Part shown: positions 25,381 to 37,738 of the stretch, one piece after another
Layout of the letters: each line of letters begins with the position of its first letter
Numbering within the stretch: the first letter of the stretch is position 1
Source of the DNA: Octopus sinensis
Lineage: Eukaryota
Length of the DNA stretch: 64,000 nucleotides
Direction: 5' to 3'
Assembly: GCF_006345805.1 (NCBI RefSeq)
Contig: NC_043000.1
Coordinates: 9,238,001-9,302,000 of the forward strand
Program-made: the position numbers and the translations under genes
Notes under the pieces: model-generated
What the model saw: the letters and a program-made list of their open reading frames with translations, nothing else
The model's database searches: none
Told to the model about the DNA's origin: nothing

Positions 25381-25783
25381 TTGAGGACGTACGGTACTTG
25401 AGTAGAACGTTTTCCATTTTTATTCTATGGCTGTTTTTTCTTTGTTGCTTTCTTTTACAGGAAATATTTTTGTATTTTCTCTTTCGTGAAATCGCTTGAT
25501 ATGAATGAAAGTGATTTTTCTTTCGTAGCCTATGGACAAATCAGAGCACTAGTGATGAGATAAAAACCGTTGACCCGTTCATTAACTTGGCTAGAGTGAC
25601 ACATACAAACACTTACAAACACTCACACATACACAAAACATGTATATCTTCACTGAAGCAAACACATATGATGCGAAAATGCAAAAGGTATATATAAAAG
25701 ATTTTGTGTGCTGTGAAATGGCAAAATGGTTACTCTGCCATGAAACTAAAGCATGCATGCATACATCTCTCTCTCTCCCCCTC

Positions 25784-25850
<67 letters not shown>

Positions 25851-25916
25851 ATATATACATATATATATGTAAATAAGCATGTATATCTATGCTTCTATGT
25901 ATGTGTGCGTATATAT

Positions 25917-25961
<45 letters not shown>

Positions 25962-26113
25962 ATATATATCTACTATATAATATACAAATATATACACTTA
26001 CACGTGAATAAGCAAACAAGCATACATATACATTCATATTTATGTATTCATCTATGTGCGTAGTCTTATGTGTATATTTATTATACATACATAAATATAT
26101 ACATGCATATCTA

Positions 26114-26145
<32 letters not shown>

Positions 26146-26304
26146 CAAATATATATATATACATGTATATATACATATATATATGTATATATATGTATAC
26201 ATATATATATATATATACATACATGCATATATATACACACATATATATTTACATATATATGCATGCATAAATATATACATACATATATATATATATATAT
26301 ATCC

Positions 26305-26381
<77 letters not shown>

Positions 26382-26499
26382 ACTATCTATCTATCTCTCT
26401 ATATATATACACGCACACACATATATATATAAATACATAGATAGAATGATAGATGGAGTAGATATAAATAGATAGAGATAATAGAAAGATAGATAGATA

Positions 26500-28469
26500 A
26501 GTTTCTTTATGGCACACAGGGCTGCACACAGATGGGACAAGTTACAAGGTAGAGCTTTTCTTTTGGGGGATGAAGAGAACAAAAAACACAAAAGAAAAAA
26601 AGGGGGTGGCGTAGGTTTTCGATCAAGAGGGATCGTAAAAGGGAAGAAAAGAACAAAAACAAAAAACACAAAAAAAAAATGAATAAAATAAAAAGATAAA
26701 AAGAAAAAAAAAGAAAAGGAAAAGGAAACAAGGAAAGAGAAATGAAAAAAGAAGAAAAAAGAGGAAAAAAAGTGGAAGAGGAAAAAAAAGAACGATCAAT
26801 AGGGATCGTGTATCACAGTGTTTGATATATGTTGGTGTAAAGGGGAAAGCAAGTAAGGTTTATTCCGTGGGAAGAAAAGCCTACGGAAAAGACCACGGTA
26901 ACTTGGTCAATATTGTTATATGTTACCACATTTGTTTGCAAGTGGGTAACCCTCTGTTTTCAATTTCTGGGTTCATAGGATTATGCTCAAGGTGGCTTCG
27001 TCATTCATACGTGCCATCCTTGCTACATTCACCCATCTTTTTTTGAAATATTCGCTAGACAAAACTTGCCTCTCTACTCTCACTTTCCTTTTCAAGTGGT
27101 ACTTGAAGAAGTTGATGAGAGATTGACCAGAGAGGAAAGTGTTTGTCTCCAATCCTTTCAGACGCGTCCACCAGATACATTCTTTCGCCATAGCCACAAG
27201 GATGATGAAAATAGCTCTTCCTTCCCGTTTGAGAAGGGAGGAGGCGTGACAATATTGACGATAGACTCAGCTGATAAACCGACTCGTCCCACACGTGACA
27301 GCAGTTGTTCGACATAAGCCCACAGGTCGGAAATTGTTGGACACTGCACGAGTGCATGCAGAACGGTTTCGTCGCTCTGACCGCATCTCGGGCAGGTCGG
27401 CCCCGTGTTTCTCGAGCCATGCCTATAGAGCTTATCCCGAACGGGTAGCGCTTCTCGGTAGCACTGCCAGGCCAGGGATCTCTGGAAGTTGTCCATGGGC
27501 CCTGGCCCGAAAGTCGTCCTGAACAGGCGGGTCAGGTACTCCTCGTCGACGTCCAGGTTCGCCCCGAGCTCGTCGTCGTACCTCCCCTCCACTAATCCCC
27601 TATATAATGCTTTGGTTGTGTTGAAGTCACTGAAGGTCGACCCGGGACGGCAGAGTTGCTTGAGAGCAACGCGACACTCGCGATGCCATTCGCCCTTCCT
27701 CGGCCTCTTTTTGATCCACGACTGCAGTTCGGTCATGGAGACGAGCTGTGGGAAAGCGTGCCTCACAAACGGCGACCACACCTGTTCACCGTCGTCTACG
27801 AAGAGCCTGAGATGTCGCAGTCTCAGCGCGTGTCTGCGCATCATCAACCACGGCATGCCCAGCCCTCCTTTTAGCAGGTGTTGACAGCAAATGGATCGCC
27901 TGACCATCGGGACGCATCCTTTCCACAAGAAGCGAAAGAGAATGCGTTGTAGTTTGGTGATGGTAGGGTCGGGACAAGGTACGACGGTCAGGCGGTAGTA
28001 GATGACGGACGCGATGTACGTGTTCGCCACCTCCGCCCGACCTTTTAGGGACAGTTTCCTCTCGGCCCATTGCCGGGCGAGAGTGACCACCCTACTCGTT
28101 ATCTCGTTCCAGTTCTTCTCCACTTGGAGATCCGGACCAAACCAGACCCCGAGCAACTCAACCGGGCCGTCGGTCCAGCGTCCCACGACGGAGGCGCTGG
28201 TGGACGGCATGGGCTTGCTTCTCCAGGTGCCTAGTCGCAAGCCCACTGACTTTTCCCGGTTGATTTTCGCTCCTGTCACCGCTTCGTAGTTTTTCAGTGT
28301 CTCGCCGACCTGCTCGTCCCGCATCCCAGTTCTCGCGGGATGCCCCTCAAAGTTGCCAGCTTCCGCAATAATGGCTCGAGAGTCAATACGTATAGAAGCG
28401 ACGAGAGGGGGCATCCCTGACGGACCGAACGTGCGATGTCGAAGGGTCTCGATAGATGTCCATTCACGC

Positions 28470-28473
<4 letters not shown>
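26500..28473 (-). mobile_element. 5'-truncated Tx1-like (L1 group) LINE, ORF2 3' half + 3' UTR, in (GATA)n
   Basis: SVRQGCPLSSLLY, GAKINREKS, LLGVWF, LSLKGR, KGGLG, CPRC..ETVLHAL..C. A frameshifting deletion removes YADD, a second frameshift lies near 27215, and the ORF ends at 26973. (TATC)n lies at both ends. Confidence 0.92.
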
Positions 28474-28540
<67 letters not shown>

Positions 28541-28553
28541 GGATGGATGGATG

Positions 28554-28612
<59 letters not shown>

Positions 28613-28629
28613 GGATGGATGGATGGATG

Positions 28630-28716
<87 letters not shown>

Positions 28717-28740
28717 GGATGGACGGATAGATAGATTTCA

Positions 28741-28896
28741 TTTTATTTTGGAACTTATGGGAGCAACTGTCTTCGAAGTCTCATATTGTCGTTGAATGTT
28801 CGAAATGAGGAGTAGATAGACAGCCGACAACTGATGAAAGGTCTTCCTTGGGTTACTTGTCCTGTTTTCATATATATATATATATATATATATGTT

Positions 28897-28982
<86 letters not shown>

Positions 28983-29750
28983 GAAATATTAAAATTACTA
29001 AGTCTCTCTAAAAGAGAACAACATATATATATACATATATATATACATATATATACATATATATATATACATATATATATACATATATATATATATACAT
29101 ATATATGTTATATTATTATTTCATTGAACGCCACGCATTCATTTCCAAGTAAATTTACCTTAACCTTTTTTGCGACTCTACTCTGTACTGTTTTCTCCCC
29201 CACCTTTCTCTAATTCCCTTTTCTTCCCTTTCACTGTTTTCTATCTGTCTCCCCCTCCCTCTTTCTTTTTCTTTCTCTCGTTGCTCACACGTGACCATTG
29301 ACCATCTTTCTTTTACTCACGTTACCATCTTTCTTTTCCTGTACGATGTCCCAATGACTGGACGTCTTGTATCTTTCTCTTCTATCTTTTCTCTTTTCAA
29401 AGAAAATATTTCTCACAGCGTTCACTATTTTCCCTGCGTTCTGGTCTAACGACCATTCATGCTTGTTTTCGTTCGGTTTCCTTATATGTTTCCACAGTCC
29501 TGTTTTTGCTCCCAGCTGTGACTCTCCATAAATCCAAAATTTTATTTGGGATGTTATAGGAGCAATTGTTTTCGAAGATTCATATTGTCGTTGAATGCTC
29601 GAAATGAGGAGTAGATAGACAGCCGACAACTTATGAAGGGTCGTTCTTTGTGTTACTTGTTCTCTTTGCCATTTTTAAAATCTCTTTGCGTATTCAACTC
29701 GTTTGATTTCGTACTTCATGTTGTTTACAGCTGGTGACATCTTGTACCCA
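28741..29750 (+). mobile_element. Non-coding element with ~125 bp direct repeats (pLTR-like)
   Basis: 28741-28868 resembles 29538-29665; related pieces at 4870-5040 and 30710-30795. Confidence 0.55.
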
Positions 29751-29793
29751 TATATTATATATATATATATTATATATATATATATATAATATA

Positions 29794-29856
<63 letters not shown>

Positions 29857-30304
29857 TTGCAATAAGTTTGTAGCAGTTACAGCTACACACACCGTATAAT
29901 GGTAGATTTATGGATAGCATTACAGCACCAATGAACTTTGGCCCTACAGGAGATAGTAATACTGTTTCCAATAGTACACCAAGAATGATGAAGTCCAATT
30001 GATTTAATCCAACAGCTTGTAGAGGAAATGTTCCATTGTGCAATCTGTATATGAAACATAGATTGACTTGTATGAACATGTTCAATAAAAAGATGTGTGA
30101 GCGAATAATCGAAAGAGATGTTGATGATAAAGATTAAACAATGACGCCTTGATGATAAAAATGACATTTCTACACATCGAAAATCATTAGGCAATTGCTA
30201 TAAAATATCAAAGAATGAACATACAAAACGGGAAGATGTACTGAAAACACCTACAACCTATAGCAACACGGAAAAAAGAAACAAAGTGGAATACTGACGT
30301 TCAA

Positions 30305-30660
30305 ATATGAATTTCTGTTATGTGTGTGTGTGTGTGTGTGTGTGTGTATGGGTGTAAACTGGTACTCCGTCGGTTACAACGATGTGGGTTACAGTTGATC
30401 CGACCAACAGAACAGCGTGCTCGTGAAATTAACGTGCAAGTGGCTGAGCACTCCACAGACATACCCTTAATGTAGTTCTCAGGGAGATTCAAGATGACAC
30501 AGAATGTGACAAGGTTGGCCCTTTGAAATATAGGTACTACTCATTTTTGTCAGCTGAATGGACTGGGGCAACGTGAAAATAAAGTATCTTGCTCAAGGGC
30601 CGGAAATTGAAATCATGATCTTATGATAGGAAGCCGAATACCTTAACCACGAAGCCACGC
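30305..30660 (-). mobile_element. tRNA-head SINE (family D)
   Basis: Minus-strand head GTGGCTTCGTGGTTAAGG, central CCTTGAGCAAGATACTT, (CA)n tail. Confidence 0.75.
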
Positions 30661-30712
<52 letters not shown>

Positions 30713-30791
30713 CTGTATTAACTTGTCCTGTTTTCCTTTTTTCTCTTTTTTCAGGTATTTTGTTATTTGCACCGTTGGTGACGTCCTGTAC

Positions 30792-30836
<45 letters not shown>

Positions 30837-31394
30837 CAAATACATATACACACAGACACACTAGCACCTAATACTTCCCAACCCTTAACTCTCGTCACTC
30901 CTATCCCACCACGCACATCCATGCATTCCCCACATCACACAATAGCCATTTATAAAACACACGCACAAATCACGCATAAACACATACACATACTTTCACA
31001 CATAAATATACTCAATACACACGCAGACATGTACGTAAATATACGCATACATATTTATGTATGTGTCCACTCACACACATACATAAATACACGGAACACA
31101 GCTCACTCCACACAAGGCACGCACTGGTTTACTTACACATGCTGCCATGCTTTTATGCTCGCCCACTCATACATTCAAGTGCGCTCGCTTCCATTCACAC
31201 ATACACACTCACATAACCATTCTCACATACACACAAGCACTTGTGCATTCTAGTTCTGCTGGGTCACCGTTATTATCTCCCCTTCAGTCAGCCTCTTTCT
31301 TCCGGTTATTTCATCATGTTAAAACTGTTAATCGCTACACATTTGTTTTCTCTTTCCCTTTCTCTCGAAGTTTTTTTTTTTTTTTTTTGCATGA

Positions 31395-31990
31395 AATGTT
31401 GATTGAAGATCATTTATCTCCTTTCGTTTTTTCAAGCTTTTTAGTTACTGTCTTGCATTTAAATCATCTTTTACTTATAAATTTTAGCTTTAGTGAGTCT
31501 ATGATCAGTGCCGCATCCAGCTTGGTACATAGATCTTCTTATCATCACGTCACTGAAATCATGCCATCTCACAATTATGAAATCCAGAGGAGCCAGTGTT
31601 TGAAGTGAAGATGCATCCAAGATGTTCTACATCTTACTAGAAAAGGAAACTGTGTGTTGGTTATAAAGACGCTGTGTTTAGCCCATTTTGTTAAATGGCG
31701 GCTATTGATCTTACGAAAACCAAATTCATGATTACCGGTGACACGAGGCAATACCAATGCCACTTCCTTTGGCGTCTGTGTGTTATTTTAGCCATCCAGA
31801 AGAATGTATAACTTGCAATTCATTCTTTCAGCTGACTCTCTTCAGTAAGTCGAGATTCACTAAATGCAGCTATATACAATCTGTATAGATAGAACTTCAA
31901 AGCATTTAATGTTAGTCATCTTTCATATTTGCTGTTATTATTCTGGGGATTCCATGATCTGATCCTCGACATTCTATCATTCTTATTTTT
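31395..31990 (-). pseudogene. Decayed RTE (BovB-like) AP-endonuclease domain
   Basis: IAAFSESRLTEESQLKE..YTFFW, RTSWMH..KHW, LDFIIVR..SDVMIRRSM..CGTDHRL. Confidence 0.85.
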
Positions 31991-32454
31991 ACTGATTGCG
32001 CAAGTTGTGTTCCCACAACTTGCGCAATAAAAACCTATTAAGTTTGAGTTAAGTTAGTTTAATACATACATACATACATACATACATACATACATACATA
32101 CATACATGCATACATATATACATGCAAGTTACATATACACGCATACACATATGCATACATGCATACATACACATATACATGCGTAGATATATACACACAT
32201 ACATATAAGCATTCACACATACATGCACACGTATATAACATCCCGTTTGTTTAGCATTGTACCGCATGCTCAAGTTTAGAATTTGAAACAAAGTCATTAA
32301 ACGTAGCTTCATACAGGTGCGTGCGTATCTTCATGTGTGTGTGCTTGTGTTTGTGTGTATACACACACACATATATATAATCTTTATTATAGTTATTATT
32401 TGTATATATATGTATATATATGCATATATTTATATATATTTATATGTATTCTCT

Positions 32455-32640
32455 CTTTTACTTGTTTCAGTCATTTGACTGCGGCTATGCTGGAGCAACG
32501 CCTTTATTTTTTGTAAGCCTACTACTTATTCTATCGGTCTCTTTTGCCGAACCGCTAGATTAGGGGGACGTAAACACACCAGCATCAGTTGTCAAGCGAA
32601 GTTGGGACAAACACAGACACACAAACATGCACACGCACAT

Positions 32641-32671
<31 letters not shown>

Positions 32672-32828
32672 CATATATACGATGGGCTTCTTTCAGTTTC
32701 CGTCTACCAAATCCACTCACAAGTGTCTTCTATAGTAGAACACATTTGCCCAAGGTGCCACGCAGTGGGACTGAACCCAGAACCATGTGGTTGGTAAGCA
32801 AGCTACTTACCACACAGCCACTCCTGTG

Positions 32829-32829
<1 letters not shown>
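32455..32829 (-). mobile_element. SINE family A
   Basis: Head AGGAGTGGCTGTGTGGTAAG; body as in other copies. Confidence 0.85.
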
Positions 32830-32868
<39 letters not shown>

Positions 32869-32869
<1 letters not shown>

Positions 32870-33165
32870 TAAGCAATAAAGGGTTTAGCAACGAATTGCC
32901 TCACCACATACCGAATTTAGAAATAGCAGTCAAAGAGTTATAGCTATTTCTTCTACTAAAAAGGGAGATCTCAGTAAAACAGCAATTGGAAGGCAGACAC
33001 AAACAGGTAAGAGAGAATGAATTGACGGCAATCTATCATACAATTTTAAGTTATCTACGGACGTACGTTTCGAAATCAAGTTTTTAGGAAAGCATAAGAA
33101 TTAAATATTAAATAATTCTATCTTACCAAAAACTTCTTTTCTCTTCAGCGTAGAATACTATAATC
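32869..33165 (-). mobile_element. ~300 bp hammerhead-plus-tail element between two (TA)n tracts
   Basis: Starts about 10 nt before the hammerhead, then a ~185 nt tail; TA runs on both sides. Confidence 0.7.
33054..33154 (-). ncRNA. Type I hammerhead ribozyme, extended stem II
   Basis: TCTACG CTGAAGA GAAAAGAAGTTTTTGG..CCTAAAAACTTGATTTC GAAA CGTACG TC CGTAGA: intact core, palindromic stem III, GUC site. Confidence 0.88.
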
Positions 33166-33171
33166 ATATAT

Positions 33172-33202
<31 letters not shown>

Positions 33203-33256
33203 TATATATAAACAATTATAAATAAGGGAAAGAGAAAAACAGATTTCTATGCCAAT

Positions 33257-33640
33257 ATGCTGAGAATAAACTTTAAATCGTCAAAACATATATATATAAT
33301 CAGTACTGGTAATAAAGTACGATTTTACATTGGAAGCACATCGTTAGAGTTATCTAAAAGAATTTCTATCCATTGCTCAACATTTAGAGATAGAAATAAA
33401 CGTAATAGTACCGGTTTCAGCAAACTAATTTGGGAACTAAAAGACCACAATGAACAATTTTATTTAGAATAGTTGATTCTCTCAATCTCGATACCTTATG
33501 ACAAAGGCAAGGAATTCTGTCTTCTCTGTAATTCTGAGCTATTTTTCATTATTTTTTCTAAATATCCCCTACTAAACATGGTTATAGCGAGCAAACAGAT
33601 GTAAACATTGGCAAAAACGCACCTTTAGTGCATATAAGTA
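33257..33640 (+). pseudogene. PLE-type GIY-YIG endonuclease (stop at a conserved Trp, frameshift near the end)
   Basis: FYIGSTS..KRISIH..F..STGFSKLIWELK..*LILS..PYDKGKEFCLLCNSELF..LLN../RCKHWQKRTF; collinear with 1276-1761. Confidence 0.85.
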
Positions 33641-33842
33641 GTCTCTATCATAATATATAATTTGAAATTTAATTTCCTTTATATTTAACATTCACTATTA
33701 ATATCCCTACTTTTTCTGTAAGCTACTTCTGACGTTATATCATATTACGTTTTTTTAAACAATATTAATAGCGTTCAGTTAACCGCTATACAAATCCATC
33801 ATATTTTGCTAAATTGTCCTATTGACGAGTTTCGCTTTTTTC

Positions 33843-33928
33843 ACTTTCCCGAAGAGAAGATTGCATTGTTTATACCATTTATTCTTTTCAATAGTATCAG
33901 TGGAATTTTCGAAACATGTGTCGAAAGT
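33843..33928 (+). ncRNA. Type I hammerhead motif, extended stem II (U4C core)
   Basis: ACTTTC CCGAAGA GAAGATT..AATTTTC GAAA CATGTG TC GAAAGT. Confidence 0.8.
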
Positions 33929-33970
33929 AAAAATATTTGATTTATACTTGCGTTAAACTCCATTTATTTA

Positions 33971-34009
<39 letters not shown>

Positions 34010-34509
34010 GCATCCATCCATCTGTCTCTCTGTATGTACATATGTATGAATAAAAAACATATATGTTAGTGCGTGAGTGTATATGACTTTGATCTGCTGA
34101 TCTGAGGATCACTATAGTCCACGTTTAAGGAAGATCACAATGCTATAAGCCAGGGTCATTCGTATTTTTACAATGTGAGCGCGTTGTTTCGGCAAAGTGT
34201 GTATTCGCTAAGCTTCATCATTGAAAAAATATTAAAATATGGCGATTGGATCCATATATGTATTTGTTAGAGCTAAAGAGAGGAAGTGTGAGCTGAAGAA
34301 GATAAGAGAAAGGGTGGATGCAAAAGGTGAAGAGTAGAGTAAGAGTGAAGAAAGAGAAAGCGAGAGAGAAAGAGAATAGAGGAAGCAAAAGGCTGAAAAG
34401 GACGGATATGGATGGGGTGAAAAGAGGAGGAGCGTGATGGTGAAAGGGTAAGGAAAGTGAAAAAAAGAAGTGAGGGAGTGGTTAAAAAGATACCATGTAC
34501 AGTATGTAA

Positions 34510-34748
34510 GGCGGCGAGTGGCTGGCAGAAACGTTAGCACGCCGGGCGAAGTGCGTAGCCGTAGTTCGTCTGACGTTACATTCTGAGTTCAAATTCCGCC
34601 GAGGTCGACTTTGCCTTCCATCCTTTAGGGGTCGATTAAATAAGTACCAGTTACGCACTGGGGTCGATATAATCGACTTAATCCGTTTGTCTGTCCTTGT
34701 TTGTTCCCTCTGTGTTTAGCCCCTTGTGGGTAGTAAATAAAAAAAGAG
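34510..34748 (+). mobile_element. Full SINE family B with 21 bp target-site duplication
   Basis: AGATACCATGTACAGTATGTA at 34488-34508 and 34749-34769; head GGCGGCGAGTGGCTGGCAGAAACGTTAGC. Confidence 0.92.
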
Positions 34749-34800
34749 AGATACCATGTACAGTATGTACATTTCTGTAAAATACGCATGTTTGTACATA

Positions 34801-34838
<38 letters not shown>

Positions 34839-34960
34839 TGCATAGTGTATAAAACAGAACAGTATAAATTTGATATCTTCATAACTCTTAATATGTTTTA
34901 CAAATATTTATTTCAATGGCAATAACATCATAACGTATTAAAGTTATTGAGTTCTCTCTC

Positions 34961-34995
<35 letters not shown>

Positions 34996-34998
<3 letters not shown>

Positions 34999-35346
34999 AC
35001 GGGTGCTGAACTTGTTTATGTCCTCGCAGCTGAAAGAAGTGAAAGACGATATAAAAATATATTTACAAAAAAACAGTTATTAATTCTTTAAAACATTACT
35101 TATAGTTAACTAACCATCCAAGAAAGATATAAGTAACTTCAGTTATCAAACAGCAATTTCACATATTAACGTAACAAAAATATTTCTAGTTACGTGAACG
35201 TCAAGAAAAACTTAATTATGCTTACCAAAACCAACAGCAAAAATAAATTTATACTTTATACTTAAAAGTTTGTATTCATAACTGCCATATATGTATGTGT
35301 ATATATACATAAAAAATATATATCAGAGTTCAGTGTTTATATACAA

Positions 35347-35407
<61 letters not shown>

Positions 35408-35472
35408 GTGTGTGTGTGTATGTGTGTGTGCGTGTGTGTATGTATGTGTATATGTAAAGGTATATATATATA

Positions 35473-35507
<35 letters not shown>

Positions 35508-37353
35508 ATATATATATATAAACAGGGAAACAGATCCCTCGCAGTGAACTATCGCCCAATCTCACTCACCTCCCACATCATTAAGGTGTTTGAAAGAGTG
35601 TTAAGATCAAGGATAGCTGAATTCCTGGAGACCCACAAACTCCTAAATGCAAATCAGCATGGCTTTCGCTGTGGCAGGGACTGTCTAACACAGCTCTTAC
35701 ACCACATTGAAGATGTACTCAAAGCCTTGGGAACAGGTTCGAACTCTGACGTCATATATCTTGACTTCAGTAAAGCGTTCGACAGGGTAGACCATAATAT
35801 CCTACTCTCAAAATTGGCAAATGTTGGAATCCGTGGAAAAGTTCTACACTGGATTAAGTATTTCCTGGCGAATAGAACACAACATGTTGTAGTTGATGGA
35901 GTCCACTCAAGCCCAGCAAAAGTCACCAGCGGTGTTCCCCAGGGGACTGTTTTGGGTCCGCTACTCTTCATAATTTACATAAACGACCTTTCCAGTGTTG
36001 TACATTACTGCAAAGTGAAAATTTTTGTTGATGACACTAAGCTTCAGCAAATCGTCAATGAAGAAGCAGACCGAACTCAACTCCAGTCTGATCTATATGC
36101 TGTGAGTCAATGGGCAGACAGAAACAAAATGCAACTGAACGAGGGAAAATTTGAGCTGATGCATTTTGGAAGAAATTCCTCACTAAAACAACCATAATCT
36201 CTTCCTTCAGGGGAACCGCTCACAGCCTCTAACAATATCAGAGACCTGGGTGTAATTGTTGATGACGATTTCAGTTGGAGTGCACACATCAACAAGAAGG
36301 TCGATATAGCTCGTAGGATGAGTTCCTGGATCTTAAGAACTTTCCGGTCCAGAGAACAAGGTGTCATACCACTTTTTACCTCCTTTGTACGGCCACACCT
36401 TGAATACTGCTGCCCACTGTGGTCTCCCCATACAAGACAAAACATCTCCAGAATTGAGTCACCCCAGAGGGCACTCACTAAACGAATTGAAGGCATGGCT
36501 GCTCTCGATTATTGGGATCGCCTTAAAGCCTTGAAACTTTACTCCCTCCAGCGTCGCCGTGAGCGGTACATCATTTGTACGATGTGGAGAACTTTGCCCA
36601 AACGACCTGAACATTAGCTTCAAGGTTCATCCAAGACTGGGACCACGGGCCATACGTCCCCTGCCCAATTCAAGATCACAACATACATGTACACTGCAAC
36701 ATAATTTCTTTTCCTCAACAGGCCCTGCCCTATTTAACATTGTCCCGAGGGAGATCAAAGAGGAAAAGGATCCCATCAACTTTAAACGGAGTATGGATAG
36801 ATTCCTTCAAAGAATACCAGATAAGCCACCCATAATTGGATACAACTCACCCAACAAGAACTCACTACTTGAACAAAACTCGACTTAAACAGGATTCGAA
36901 TAATCCTATCAGGTGGTGCTATTAAGTTAGACATAGCCTGGACCAATCTTTGGTCGAAGCATATCTAAGTTTTATCTAAGTTTTATATATAAATATATAT
37001 ATTTGTATATAAACACTGAACTCTGATATATATTTTTTATGTATATATACACATACATATATGGCAGTTATGAATACAAACTTTTAAGTATAAAGTATAA
37101 ATTTATGTTTGCTGTTGGTTTTGGTAAGCATAATTAAGTTTTTCTTGACGTTCACGTAACTAGAAATATTTTTGTTACGTTAATATGTGAAATTGCTGTT
37201 TGATAACTGAAGTTACTTATATCTTTCTTGGATGGTTAGTTAACTATAAGTAATGTTTTAAAGAATTAATAACTGTTTTTTTGTAAATATATTTTTATAT
37301 CGTCTTTCACTTCTTTCAGCTGCGAGGACATAAACAAGTTCAGCACCCGTTGT
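34996..37353. repeat. ~360 bp near-identical inverted arms (34996-35356, 36993-37353) enclosing a CR1 copy
   Basis: Arms compared by eye; only one mismatch seen. Confidence 0.92.
35520..36985 (+). mobile_element. 5'-truncated CR1-group LINE
   Basis: NYRPISLTS to LQRRRERY; catalytic motif reads FVDD; tail (TATCTAAGTT)2. Confidence 0.93.
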
Positions 37354-37630
37354 CAATTGGTGGCTGTGGTGGACAAACACAAATATACACACACGCACAC
37401 ACACACAGACACACACACACATGCACACACACACTCACTCACACAAACACACACATACACACACATACATGAATGGTCTTCTTTCAGTTTCTGTAAGCCA
37501 AATCTATTCACAAGACTTTGGTCGACTCAAAGCTATAGTAGAAGACACTTAACCAAGATGCTACGCAGTGGGACTGAACTTGAAACCATGTGGTTTGAAA
37601 GGGGAAACTTCTTCCCACATATCTACACCT
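37350..37630 (-). mobile_element. SINE family A, truncated at the inverted-repeat junction
   Basis: Family A body stops at GTTGTCAA, where the right arm ends. Confidence 0.75.
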
Positions 37631-37690
37631 GCCCCCATACATACATACATACATACATACATACATACATACATACATACATACATACAT

Positions 37691-37738
<48 letters not shown>

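Larger units (their letters stand above)
33211..33973 (+). mobile_element. Second RT-less GIY-YIG + hammerhead element between (TA)n tracts
   Basis: Endonuclease ORF, AT-rich 3' region, hammerhead at 33843, tail sharing CTCCATTT with the 560 tail. Confidence 0.78.

Noticed and set aside
27158-28741. 527 aa ORF as an intact gene
   Set aside because: The N-terminus is (TATC)n and an off-frame RT segment; only the downstream part is genuine Tx1 ORF2.
34510-34600. tRNA genes at SINE heads
   Set aside because: A/B-box-like heads continue into multicopy SINE bodies, here with a target duplication; no full cloverleaf.
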